A DNA stretch of 40,721 nt. It comes from a virus. A program made the translations under genes and the position numbers. Under the pieces are notes generated by a model. That model searched no databases, was not told where the DNA came from, and saw nothing but the letters and a program-made list of their open reading frames with translations. Each line of letters opens with the position of its first letter. The first letter of the stretch is position 1. Positions 23,892-32,274 of the stretch are shown here, one piece after another. The stretch lies in the IMG/VR virus record IMGVR_UViG_3300045988_023556, positions 1 to 40,721 of that record. One strand, 5' to 3'.

Positions 23892-24293
23892 CTAGAGAAC
23901 AGGAAAACTCCCAATCCCGCCGAGCATCCCGGTTTCTTGGCATATCATAAGCAACTTTGTCTGCGCCGTCATCCGAATTTCAGCCGGTGCCCGTTCCGCT
24001 GCCGTGTGCAAGACGGAAATACACTCAATTCCCTTTCCCTTGTCCACAGACAGCACATAGGACGTCGCAGATACCGCAGAGGCGAACCACTCCGGGACGT
24101 TGCCGTAGGCGTATTTCGCAAACATCCTCCGGATAACCTTTTCCGGTTCAGATTCCTCCTGCTCTACTGTGGGGATCTCCCATTCCCCGGACTTGGCGAC
24201 ATCTTTCACTGTTTCGGTCAATTTTTTTGCAAGCATCTCGCGTGCAGTCTTCATGAGCAACGCATCATCAAATTTGAAATCCTGTTCTGCCAT
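23892..24293 (-). CDS. Hypothetical protein (133 aa)
   Basis: ATG with GGAGG upstream. Co-oriented with the early operon. Confidence 0.6.
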   Translation of the reverse strand: MAEQDFKFDDALLMKTAREMLAKKLTETVKDVAKSGEWEIPTVEQEESEPEKVIRRMFAKYAYGNVPEWFASAVSATSYVLSVDKGKGIECISVLHTAAERAPAEIRMTAQTKLLMICQETGMLGGIGSFPVL

Positions 24294-24391
24294 TATTCAT
24301 GTACCTCCAATTCCTTATTTTTCCTGTCACGGTATCTCCTTTTAGCGGCTCTCTGGGCGTGGGCTTTCTGGCACTCCAAGTGCGACCATCC

Positions 24392-24760
24392 TTATTCCTC
24401 CTTCCTTTCTCCGTAGCTGCAAAAGCCGTTCATTTCCACGCAAACAGCCTCGCCCTTGTAGCCTCTGACATTTTGGTAAGGCTCGGTGTGCAGCATACAC
24501 ATAGGATTCTCGTCTCCCTGCCGGTGGATGCAGTCCCGACAGCGAACGACATGGAGCGTTTCAATGAACCCGTCTGCGAAGCCTGCGTCATACCCCGCCT
24601 TGTACTGCCCCCTATCATATTTCAGAGCTTTCAGAAGTTCTTCCCGATTCACCCGGATACCAATTTTTATAATCGCCTGTACTACGGCATCTCCGATAGC
24701 ATCCTGGAAGTCGCTTAAATTCAAGCTGGCAGGTGGCGTGTAGCCGTTATGTTCTTCCAT
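24392..24760 (-). CDS. Hypothetical protein with C-terminal VVRCRDC...FCSYGERK module
   Basis: ATG at 24760 with a GGTGG RBS. C-terminal Cys module is shared with the next gene. Confidence 0.6.
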   Translation of the reverse strand: MEEHNGYTPPASLNLSDFQDAIGDAVVQAIIKIGIRVNREELLKALKYDRGQYKAGYDAGFADGFIETLHVVRCRDCIHRQGDENPMCMLHTEPYQNVRGYKGEAVCVEMNGFCSYGERKEE

Positions 24761-25076
24761 TTTCATCCACCTTTCGCTTCCCATAACTGCAAAAATCATT
24801 GCCGTCTACCTGATTTGGGAGCATGCCCTCCTCGTAGTCCCAATGATAGCAATACCCATATGGCATCTCGTCCGGATATTCAGGCATCCCGGCTGGATAC
24901 TTACCTTTTTGCTCAAACTCATCGCAATCCTTGCACCTTACCACGGGGACGGCATCCACTGTATCAGTCCGGTTTATCAGCATCACAATGTTTTCCACTG
25001 TCAGATACGTGGTTCTCCATCCTGTGCAAAATGCTATTATTCTTTGCTTGATGGTATCAGCGTCAATCAGCCGCAT
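24747..25076 (-). CDS. Hypothetical protein with C-terminal VVRCKDC...FCSYGKRK module
   Basis: MRLIDADTIKQRI... N-terminus. Paralogous Cys module. Confidence 0.6.
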   Translation of the reverse strand: MRLIDADTIKQRIIAFCTGWRTTYLTVENIVMLINRTDTVDAVPVVRCKDCDEFEQKGKYPAGMPEYPDEMPYGYCYHWDYEEGMLPNQVDGNDFCSYGKRKVDENGRT

Positions 25077-25227
25077 AAAAATCCTCCCTCCGTGGCATCT
25101 CTTTCAGCCAGCGTCTGACGGCAAAGAACCGAATGCGTGGCGGCTGATTCTTCGCCCACCGCTCAATAGCGGCGGCGTAAGCAATTCTAGCGTTAAGGCG
25201 CTGACGGTGTTCTTGTCTTTCACTCAT
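25063..25227 (-). CDS. Small basic hypothetical protein (54 aa, MSERQEHRQRLNARIAYAAAIERW...)
   Basis: Not in the ORF track. GGAGG 8 nt upstream of the ATG. Overlaps the next gene by 14 nt. Confidence 0.5.
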   Translation of the reverse strand: MSERQEHRQRLNARIAYAAAIERWAKNQPPRIRFFAVRRWLKEMPRREDFYAAD

Positions 25228-25412
25228 TCCCAATACCTCCATTTTTCGTAAGATATTTAATTTCTTCTTGCACCAGCGTTCGGTTGCTCATGATAATATG
25301 TGATTCTGTAACCCTGTTGGGGCAAGCCACGCACTCGCACTTGTAGGGAGGCTTGCTCTCGTTCCCCCCCTCTGCACAAGCATTGGTAATTGAAGCAGTC
25401 TGTCACTTCCCG

Positions 25413-25748
25413 TCACCCCTTCGGCGGATAGATAGGCTTCCAGTGGGTAATCCGCTCATCCCACGCATCCCAGAAAGGGAATGGAGCAATCCAAGTGATT
25501 CCATCCCAGATGCCAGTCATGGCCTTCCCCCCAGTAGTCCAAACATAGACCGCATCGCTGTAAGTGTAATCCAGTCCTATTCCTGCTTTTTGGGGTTTCA
25601 AATCCGGCAGCCTCTCGCTGCACGGAATCCACCTCATCCGCTCCAACGCCTCCATGCCCATCCGGCAGGCTTCGTTCACCTCGTCCATTCCGTCGTAATG
25701 CTCCCGGTGTTCCGGGTTCAGAATTTCAATTGCTCGTTCAACTTTCAT
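25413..25748 (-). CDS. DUF551-like protein, paralogue 2
   Basis: ATG at 25748 with an AGGAGG RBS. AIEILNPEHREHYDGMDEVNEACRMGMEALERMRWIPCSERLPD. Confidence 0.65.
   Translation of the reverse strand: MKVERAIEILNPEHREHYDGMDEVNEACRMGMEALERMRWIPCSERLPDLKPQKAGIGLDYTYSDAVYVWTTGGKAMTGIWDGITWIAPFPFWDAWDERITHWKPIYPPKG
25604..25748. repeat. About 145-bp diverged direct repeat, copy 1 (partner 25989-26133)
   Basis: The 5' ends of two adjacent paralogous genes are near-identical at DNA level (by-eye alignment, a few mismatches per 20 nt). Confidence 0.8.
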
Positions 25749-26133
25749 CGTTTTCCTCCTTCGGCAATTCTGGAAGCGGCATCCAGTGGGTGATTTCAAC
25801 ATCGTCATCCACCTGATCTGTTTCGTTCACGCCGTGCTCTGCAAGCAAATCTTCGCAAACACTCGACCACCAATACCAAGCCTCCCTGTAATAGACAGCA
25901 GTCGCTTTTTGCGGAACGTCCTTCATGTACCGGTAGTACGGCGCTGGGTTGTGATTTACCCACACCACATTTACAGGCTCAAGTTCCTCCGGCAACCTCT
26001 CGCTGCACGGAATCCACCTTTGCCGTTCCAACGCCTCCATGCCCATCCGGCAAGCCTCATTCACGGGGTCTATACTTTCGTAATGCTCCCGGTGTTCCGG
26101 GTTCAGAATTTCAATTGCTCGGTCAATTTTCAT
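25738..26133 (-). CDS. DUF551-like protein, paralogue 1
   Basis: ATG at 26133 with GGAGG 6 nt upstream. AIEILNPEHREHYESIDPVNEACRMGMEALERQRWIPCSERLPE. Confidence 0.65.
   Translation of the reverse strand: MKIDRAIEILNPEHREHYESIDPVNEACRMGMEALERQRWIPCSERLPEELEPVNVVWVNHNPAPYYRYMKDVPQKATAVYYREAWYWWSSVCEDLLAEHGVNETDQVDDDVEITHWMPLPELPKEENDES
25989..26133. repeat. About 145-bp diverged direct repeat, copy 2
   Basis: See 25604-25748. Confidence 0.8.
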
Positions 26134-26464
26134 GATCATCCTCCAATTCCATTTTTGCGCCGCAATGGCAATATGGATTATTCTCTGGCTTGTTAAAGCA
26201 ACCAAATGTCTCAATGCGGCCACACACGGAGCATTCGTATTCCCCACAAGCTGCCATTCTGCGAACAAGTCGCCATTCCCCATGCCGCACCGGCTCCACA
26301 TCGGCGGCGGGAATCGCTTCAAGTTTATCCAACATTTCCTGCAACATATCGTACTCATCTGCATCGGCTGCAAACTTTCTGCCCCATAATCCAGCTGGGC
26401 ATAGCTTCTTTTGCTCACCTTCGATTACCACACTCGCCGCCTCCCGGCTGATGTAATCACTCAT
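26123..26464 (-). CDS. Hypothetical protein with C-terminal Cys4 module (113 aa)
   Basis: ATGA overlap with the upstream stop. AADVEPVRHGEW...CSVCG...CHCGAKM. Confidence 0.6.
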   Translation of the reverse strand: MSDYISREAASVVIEGEQKKLCPAGLWGRKFAADADEYDMLQEMLDKLEAIPAADVEPVRHGEWRLVRRMAACGEYECSVCGRIETFGCFNKPENNPYCHCGAKMELEDDHEN

Positions 26465-27087
26465 TTCAATTCCTCCACATAGCACCAACTCTGGGGCGGG
26501 CGTTTAATTGTCCGGCCATCACATTCCATTTTGGTGTAGTTGTAATAAGGGCATTCCCCACACCCAACCTCAATTTTACATAGCCCCTTGAACGCGCTCA
26601 GCGGTTTCGGCGTATCGTAGATTTGCAACTTGGAAATGTGCCAGCCGTACATTGCCTCCCTTCCGAACGCATAATACCGAAATTCTTTCTCTGTCAGACA
26701 TGCAGATTTCAAATCCTCGTCGGCAATCTCCCACCAACTATCACCGCAGTCGTAATCCATTCCGATTTCCGGGTGCGGGCAGTAATCGTAGTTGTACGTT
26801 GCTATGTTGTCACATGTGAACTCTCCGGCAACATGGCCGTTGAAAACATCCCAGATTCTGTCTGCTTCTGCTCTGCCATACCCCGAAAGACGGGTAAACT
26901 CCGTACACCAATCACCCCGGAAAACATCGCCCCACACAAGGAACGGCCTTGTGTTTGTGCAGTATATATAGCACTTGAAAGGCGTTTCCAAATATGGTTT
27001 TGTCTTGCGAACCTCGATTGTCTTCCGCCCGTTGGCAATCTTCTCCACCCACTCCGGGCGGATGCTGATAAGTACAGCTTTAGCCAT
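26461..27087 (-). CDS. ASCH-domain protein with Cys-rich C-terminus
   Basis: ATG at 27087 with a GGAGGG RBS. AVLISIRPEWVEKIANGRKTIEVRKT is an ASCH signature. Confidence 0.7.
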   Translation of the reverse strand: MAKAVLISIRPEWVEKIANGRKTIEVRKTKPYLETPFKCYIYCTNTRPFLVWGDVFRGDWCTEFTRLSGYGRAEADRIWDVFNGHVAGEFTCDNIATYNYDYCPHPEIGMDYDCGDSWWEIADEDLKSACLTEKEFRYYAFGREAMYGWHISKLQIYDTPKPLSAFKGLCKIEVGCGECPYYNYTKMECDGRTIKRPPQSWCYVEELK

Positions 27088-27268
27088 TGTCAGCCCTCCG
27101 GTTCCAGACCTTAATTGCTTCATATTTGTTTTTGAAATACCCAGTCCATGGATTTACAGGGCACGATGTGGTATCATTGACGCACTCGACAAACCACATT
27201 TTTCCTGACCGCTGCACCTGACCATAGGTGCCGCAAAACGGGCAGGGCTTCAATTTGACTTCGTCCAT
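27080..27268 (-). CDS. lar: Lar-family restriction alleviation protein
   Basis: LKPCPFCG...VECV...SCP...YEAIKVWNRR matches the Lar family pattern. Confidence 0.75.
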   Translation of the reverse strand: MDEVKLKPCPFCGTYGQVQRSGKMWFVECVNDTTSCPVNPWTGYFKNKYEAIKVWNRRADNG

Positions 27269-27271
27269 GGT

Positions 27272-27469
27272 TCATCCCTCCGGTTCTATGTTCCCTGGCA
27301 TTTCGACTATTCTCCAGTCCTCTTGTCTTTTCTGCTCTGCCAAAATCTGTACTAGCGGTTCCTTTTCGGCGCATAGAGCGTACTGTTTCCACCTATGCCC
27401 CTGAAACGTGCGGTTCTTGGTCATCTCCTCCCGGGGTATAAACAGCTGCTTGTATTCAAGCGCAAACAT
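27272..27469 (-). CDS. Small hypothetical protein (65 aa)
   Basis: ATG at 27469 with an AAGGAG RBS. The longer ORF in the track overlaps the upstream gene. Confidence 0.55.
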   Translation of the reverse strand: MFALEYKQLFIPREEMTKNRTFQGHRWKQYALCAEKEPLVQILAEQKRQEDWRIVEMPGNIEPEG

Positions 27470-27507
27470 TGTTATCTCCTTCCCGCCCGGGTTGCCCCGG
27501 GCTTGTG

Positions 27508-28077
27508 TTATCCCCACTGTTCCGCCATAGGTAGACAAACTGTATGATTTGTAACTTTTCTCGCCCACTCGATAAATTCCCTTTGATCCATATTGTTTTT
27601 GGCTCTGTTGCATATTTTGCAGCACGGAACAACATTATCAATGAAGTATCCTCTTGAACTGTCGGTACGGTCTATTCCATTGTGGTCATATCCCTCTTTG
27701 CAATTTTTCGTTACTTTGTGATTACTATTTATTGTTCCACAGTAAAAACACGGCTGCTGAATGAGGCGCTCGACATCTTCGTAAGATAATCCCCATGCAA
27801 GCCCTCTGTCTCTCGCGTGACGCTTATATTGGAGTATGATATGGTTAATAACTCCTCGATTATTTGGCAGCCTGCTTTGCTTTGGCAGGCATCCACAAGA
27901 TTTTGTGTTTCCACTTTTAAGATTGTGCCCAAGTACAGAAACCTCGTTCCCGCAATCGCACTTGCAAAGCCACCTTCTTTCAGTCGTCCCACAAGGCTTT
28001 TTATGTACGCCGTCCTGTCTCAAAATCACAAGTTTCCCAAACCTATCTCCAACTTGAAATGCCATCCGTGAACTCAT
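27508..28077 (-). CDS. HNH endonuclease with N-terminal Cys-rich module
   Basis: WLCKCDCGNEVSV...SCGC N-terminus. CFYCG...HNGIDRTDSSRGYFIDNVVPCCKICNRAKN HNH motif. The start may be M5 (28065). Confidence 0.8.
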   Translation of the reverse strand: MSSRMAFQVGDRFGKLVILRQDGVHKKPCGTTERRWLCKCDCGNEVSVLGHNLKSGNTKSCGCLPKQSRLPNNRGVINHIILQYKRHARDRGLAWGLSYEDVERLIQQPCFYCGTINSNHKVTKNCKEGYDHNGIDRTDSSRGYFIDNVVPCCKICNRAKNNMDQREFIEWARKVTNHTVCLPMAEQWG

Positions 28078-28708
28078 CTCTTATGTCACCTCCGTACTGT
28101 TCGGCCATAGCTTTTGCAATCCCGGGGAATGTTTTGCTTCGCTCTTTTGCGTGATTGCTACCCAACCACCATATCCTGGCTCTTTCTTTTTCGGGGAGCG
28201 TCATCATGTACTCATGCACATTGTCCGTTTCCTGTAACAGCGGAAGATTTTTAAGCCACAAGGCCGTCTTTTTCTGCTCAGGATGACCGAATTGCCATGG
28301 ATTGATGATTTGATCGGGTTTGCGATAGAGCGAACTCATAACACAAATCGGATTTTCTATTGCGATTTTTTCAACATCCGCTTCTGCGAACTTCAAGAAA
28401 AAAGCGGCGGCTTCATATTTCAAACTGAGAGGTTTAACCCCTTCCTTAAACCATCTTGCACCTGACACCGACAAGTGGGTACACGGCGGGTGTGCAATCA
28501 GCAAATCCCACCGACCCACACTATGCACCTGTCCGTCCATGGTGACGATTGTGCCGCCCTTGATGGCTTCCAGAGCGTCACCCAAAATGTGCCATTCAGG
28601 ATGCCCGCCGGACGGCTCCTGAATATCGCAGGAATAGGCTTCATGCCCCCGCGCCCGGAATGCCTTGCACACGGTTTGCGATTCCTCGCAGGCTATCAGA
28701 ACTTTCAT
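28043..28708 (-). CDS. DNA cytosine-C5 methyltransferase-like protein (short, atypical motif I, no obvious target-recognition domain)
   Basis: Motif IV-like AHPPCTHLSVSG, motif VI-like IAIENP, C-terminal RSKTFPGIAKAMAEQY. The N-terminus MKVLIACEESQ replaces FxGxG. Confidence 0.6.
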   Translation of the reverse strand: MKVLIACEESQTVCKAFRARGHEAYSCDIQEPSGGHPEWHILGDALEAIKGGTIVTMDGQVHSVGRWDLLIAHPPCTHLSVSGARWFKEGVKPLSLKYEAAAFFLKFAEADVEKIAIENPICVMSSLYRKPDQIINPWQFGHPEQKKTALWLKNLPLLQETDNVHEYMMTLPEKERARIWWLGSNHAKERSKTFPGIAKAMAEQYGGDIRDEFTDGISSWR

Positions 28709-28732
28709 TTCCCATTTCCTTTCTGTTTTCCT

Positions 28733-29068
28733 TTATTCCCCCGAGGGGCTTTCCCCCACCTGGGCGGGGTGCAATTCCGCTTCACCGGCTTGAAACAGCC
28801 GTACATTTTCGCCTTGCTCATGCTCAAAAACAATCCCCTCTCTCACCAAGTCCGGGTGTTCGTACCGGAAAAATTGGCGTTGTTTTTTGTGGTTCCCAAT
28901 TGATTTCATGATGTTTTTATTCCAGTTCTCGATGAAATACGTTTCCCATGCCTTGCAGCCGTCCCCGTTGGTGGGGCAATCGTCCCGCGTGCAGTTCCTG
29001 CAAAAGGGGCTTTCCGAATCGATGTACTGGCCGGGGCGTTCCTTTTCCCCGCCTACTTCGTTTTTCAT
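28733..29068 (-). CDS. Hypothetical protein (111 aa, Cys-containing)
   Basis: GGTGGAG RBS. Co-oriented with the early operon. Confidence 0.55.
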   Translation of the reverse strand: MKNEVGGEKERPGQYIDSESPFCRNCTRDDCPTNGDGCKAWETYFIENWNKNIMKSIGNHKKQRQFFRYEHPDLVREGIVFEHEQGENVRLFQAGEAELHPAQVGESPSGE

Positions 29069-29625
29069 ACTCCACCGCCTTCCGGTAGCTTTTCAAATTC
29101 CATCTTCCCGGCCATCTCGGCGATAAAGCTCTTTACCGCTCCGGGGAGCTTCTGGTAATCGTCCTCCCGCTTCTGGCACACTTGGAACGATCTCTGGAAA
29201 TTCGATGCAACCACGGACTGCACCGTTTCTGCGTCCATCAGCGCCCATTCCTTGAGCTGGGCTGGGCTTCCCACCGTCCGCTGTACCGCCGGAGGCAGCT
29301 TCCGAAACTCGTCATCAGCGCCGTATACGCTGTTTCTCAGCGCACCGGCAACCAACCCCCATGCCTCCATCTGCGTCATCTGCTGGGGCGACTGCATCCG
29401 ATGGAGCATATCTTTCAGCTTCCCGATGGTTGGCATAAAGCCGCCGGTGTCCGTGGCTATGTACGCTTTTGCAGCGGCGGCAACGGCCTCAAATGGCTCC
29501 TCGGAGAACATATCCGCCCAAAGATTGACTTTCACGTTTGCCGCCTCTTTGGACATCCCCCGGAAAGAATCGGGATAATTTGCCTGTAAAAGCGTGAGAA
29601 TCTGGTACGCTTCCTGTTTATCCAT
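29065..29625 (-). CDS. Helicase-loader-like protein (phage G39P-like N-terminal domain)
   Basis: ATG at 29625 with a GGGAGGA RBS. MDKQEAYQILTLLQANYPDSF...VNLWADMF resembles the G39P/replisome organiser partner family. Confidence 0.55.
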   Translation of the reverse strand: MDKQEAYQILTLLQANYPDSFRGMSKEAANVKVNLWADMFSEEPFEAVAAAAKAYIATDTGGFMPTIGKLKDMLHRMQSPQQMTQMEAWGLVAGALRNSVYGADDEFRKLPPAVQRTVGSPAQLKEWALMDAETVQSVVASNFQRSFQVCQKREDDYQKLPGAVKSFIAEMAGKMEFEKLPEGGGV

Positions 29626-30301
29626 TCCCAAATTCCTCCCTGTACATCTCCGCCAGACGGTCAACGCCGCTGGTATAGCCGCCCGGCTTCTGGTTTGCCG
29701 CAGGTCTAGCCGAATTCTGCTCCCTGGAGAGCCAGGAGTTGACAAAGCGCATGATCCCGGCTTTTGTTTTCCTGTTTTTGGGATTTGCCAGAAGCCAGCC
29801 ACGCATACTCCGCAACTGCTGAGCTACATCCACGGCGGGATACAGGCCGGACAACTCGGCAACCATCTCCACGGAAATCTCAAAATCCGTGCCGTCAACC
29901 AGCGGAAGCACCGCCGCAGGCGGGGGGCTGCTCGGCAGCTCGCCGCAAACCTCCGAAGGAGGTATATTATCCTTTGCCTTTTCCTTTGTCTTTGTCTTTT
30001 CCTTTTCCTTTGTCTTGGTATCATTCGTACACGGTTGTTCGCCGTCGTATACGTCCGTATTCCATCGTTTTCGGATGTTATCGGAGTTTTTCTTACACCG
30101 GCTGTCGTATGTTGCCTTATCTCGGTCTATCTGTGCTTTCAAAGTTGGAAATACGAATCTTTCATTACCACGGAGTTGCGGTGCTTCGCCCGTCTTGCTG
30201 TATATTAGGCAAGCCGTGAAAAGCCTCCCCCTCTCCGTGTCATTCAGTTCCTCCATACTGTCCAGATAACTGTGATAAGCGCAGAAATATTCAATCGCCA
30301 T
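29618..30301 (-). CDS. Replication initiation / replisome organiser protein (DnaD-like C-terminus)
   Basis: N-terminus YLDSMEELNDTERGRLFTACLIY. C-terminus LRSMRGWLLANPKNRKTKAGIMRFVNSWLSREQ. Internal K/E/T-rich linker. Confidence 0.6.
   Translation of the reverse strand: MAIEYFCAYHSYLDSMEELNDTERGRLFTACLIYSKTGEAPQLRGNERFVFPTLKAQIDRDKATYDSRCKKNSDNIRKRWNTDVYDGEQPCTNDTKTKEKEKTKTKEKAKDNIPPSEVCGELPSSPPPAAVLPLVDGTDFEISVEMVAELSGLYPAVDVAQQLRSMRGWLLANPKNRKTKAGIMRFVNSWLSREQNSARPAANQKPGGYTSGVDRLAEMYREEFGNG
29971..30016. repeat. Strand-asymmetric pyrimidine tract with repeated TTTTCCTTTGTC (29979-29990, 30003-30014) and TTTGTC units; candidate origin iterons
   Basis: Read directly. Lies inside the replication organiser gene. 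Confidence 0.4.
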
Positions 30302-30304
30302 TAT

Positions 30305-30520
30305 CTAATCCTCTTTAATGATGGAGTACCGCGCGAAGCACGTCCGCTCCCCGTACCGGTTCTTTCCGGTGACGGTTTCGCTCTTAATGGGTACGCCCTG
30401 CGCTTTCAAATCCCAAATTCTAGCACCCAGCCGGTAACAGCCGTACTCGGTAACGGCCTCGGCTTGGGTGATACTCCCATAGTCTTGCAAATGCCGCAGG
30501 ATACGCTCACACTGTGTCAC
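30305..30520 (-). CDS. Small winged-helix/HTH protein (71 aa)
   Basis: GTG at 30520 with GGAGG 5 nt upstream. ILRHLQDYGSITQAEAVTEYGCYRLGARIWDLKAQG. Confidence 0.55.
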   Translation of the reverse strand: MTQCERILRHLQDYGSITQAEAVTEYGCYRLGARIWDLKAQGVPIKSETVTGKNRYGERTCFARYSIIKED

Positions 30521-30932
30521 GGGGTGCCTCCTCTCCGGTGAGGCGAACCGCCACGCATGGGCGGGTGCCGTACCTCTTGCAGACTGTGGCGTCTGTGATA
30601 GCTGCATCATCCTTGTAGGCGATACCGTTCAGGGCATCACACACAATCTTTCCTATGTTGTCCCAGTCGGGTTTCACCATGGGAAGAATCCGATTGTCAA
30701 TCGCTTCGGCCTGCTTGCGCTTGCTCCACGAATGGGGAACGGGGTAGATTGCCGCAATGTCAACCCGGATAGTGCCTGTGAACTTTGCCCCGTGGGCTTC
30801 GCACTGGTATGCCCATGCCACCAGCTTTTCATAGTCCTTCGTTTTCTTCGGGGTGTATGTCTCACCGTTCTGGGTGAAGCGGGGGCGCTCCTTCCCTTGC
30901 GGAACGCCGGGAACCGTAAATTCAATCGTCAC
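30507..30932 (-). CDS. rusA: RusA-family Holliday junction resolvase
   Basis: MTIEFTVPGVPQGKERPRF...KPDWDNIGKIVCDALNGIAYKDD. Confidence 0.9.
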   Translation of the reverse strand: MTIEFTVPGVPQGKERPRFTQNGETYTPKKTKDYEKLVAWAYQCEAHGAKFTGTIRVDIAAIYPVPHSWSKRKQAEAIDNRILPMVKPDWDNIGKIVCDALNGIAYKDDAAITDATVCKRYGTRPCVAVRLTGEEAPRDTV

Positions 30933-30962
30933 GTTTTCGCTCCTTCCTATTGATTTTCCGGC

Positions 30963-31424
30963 CTAGAACGGCAAGGCGGGGTCGTCTTCGGTGATCTCCT
31001 GATATCCTCCGAACCCCTGCTGACTGTATCCGTTGCCCCGGTTCGTCTGCTGTGGGACGCTGGGCTGCCCGTATCCGGCGTTTTGCGCCGTTCCGGTATT
31101 GGTGGTGTCCTGAGAATTGCGCTTACTGGAAAGCAGCTCAACGCTTGTGGTCACCACCTCGAACGCCCGGCGCTTGTTCCCGTTCTTGTCCGTCCAGTCC
31201 CTTGCTTGCAGCGCTCCGGAGGCGGCTACGATATCGCCCTTATGGCCGTACTGCGTCAGGTACTCAGCCCCCTGCCGCCACGTGACGAAGTCCAGAAAAT
31301 CGGTGACGTCTTTCGCCATCGGCCGCTTGACGGCAAGGCTGTAGGAGCAAACCGCCGTCCCCTCCTGGGTTCTTCTCAGCTCCGGGTCGGCGGTGAGCCG
31401 CCCGACAAATTGACAATTATTCAT
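30963..31424 (-). CDS. ssb: Single-stranded DNA-binding protein
   Basis: ATG at 31424 (MNNCQFVGRLTADPELR...). AAGGAG RBS. Gly/Gln-rich tail ending DDPALPF. Confidence 0.95.
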   Translation of the reverse strand: MNNCQFVGRLTADPELRRTQEGTAVCSYSLAVKRPMAKDVTDFLDFVTWRQGAEYLTQYGHKGDIVAASGALQARDWTDKNGNKRRAFEVVTTSVELLSSKRNSQDTTNTGTAQNAGYGQPSVPQQTNRGNGYSQQGFGGYQEITEDDPALPF

Positions 31425-31756
31425 GTGTTCTCCTTCCTGTAAATCAGATCGTTTTCGTTCCAGCCGGAATAAATGCCCATCAAGTACTCCCGGAAATACG
31501 CCCTCATTTCCATTCTTGCCGTGGTCTGGTCGTACCGGTTGTGGCATCTGGGGCAGAGGGTAAGCCCGTTCTGGGCAATGCCAAGCCCTCCCTGCGCCCG
31601 GGATATGTAGTGGGCGTTGCTCCATGCCAGAGGGGCAGGGGCGGGAGCGCCGCAGAATACACAGCACGTCCAGCCGTCAATGCTGTCCCGCTGGGCAATC
31701 GCCATTTTCTCTCCCCGGGTGAAGTCCCTCGCTTTGGTGTCCTTCCTCAACGCCAT
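31421..31756 (-). CDS. HNH endonuclease (small)
   Basis: CCVFCG...AHYISRAQGGLG..NGLTLCPRCHNRYD. Confidence 0.75.
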   Translation of the reverse strand: MALRKDTKARDFTRGEKMAIAQRDSIDGWTCCVFCGAPAPAPLAWSNAHYISRAQGGLGIAQNGLTLCPRCHNRYDQTTARMEMRAYFREYLMGIYSGWNENDLIYRKENT

Positions 31757-32274
31757 TCCTCCTTGAGCAGTTCCAGCTTGTCCGGGGGCAGGGTTTCAAT
31801 GTCCAGCGCCTTGCAGTCCTGTATCAGATTGTCGATCAGCCGCGCCATTTGTTTGGTGTCGTAGGTACTGGAGCCGTGGTATGCCGCCAGATTGCGGCAT
31901 CCTGGAACCTGAGACGCGCCCAGACTGTCCACCAGCCATCCAAGGCCGTTTTTCTGCCAGCTCCGTGTGAAGCGCTCCACATCCTGCTCCCGGACGCACA
32001 TGGGCGTGTAATTGTCTCCCACGCCCCGAATGGCGTTCCGGTATACCTCTACCGGGGGAATCCCCATAGCGGCGGCAAGCTTGTGAATCAGTACCCAGGC
32101 ATAGGCGTTTGCGTCCAGGCTCCGCTTTTCCCGGTGCTCTTTCAGGGATAAGTCGTAGGGCGCGGCCTTCATCTTTCGGATAAAGGCCATTGCCTTGCCC
32201 AACTCAGAACGGGAGGGCTTGACCATCAGCCAGCCGCCCTCAAGCTTGGCCTCGGTAAATGTAAGCTCCGTCAT
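31747..32274 (-). CDS. NinB/Orf-like recombination mediator (tentative)
   Basis: ATGA overlap with the upstream stop. KRSLDANAYAWVLIHKLAAAMG resembles the lambda NinB RSLDQN motif. Confidence 0.45.
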   Translation of the reverse strand: MTELTFTEAKLEGGWLMVKPSRSELGKAMAFIRKMKAAPYDLSLKEHREKRSLDANAYAWVLIHKLAAAMGIPPVEVYRNAIRGVGDNYTPMCVREQDVERFTRSWQKNGLGWLVDSLGASQVPGCRNLAAYHGSSTYDTKQMARLIDNLIQDCKALDIETLPPDKLELLKEEWR

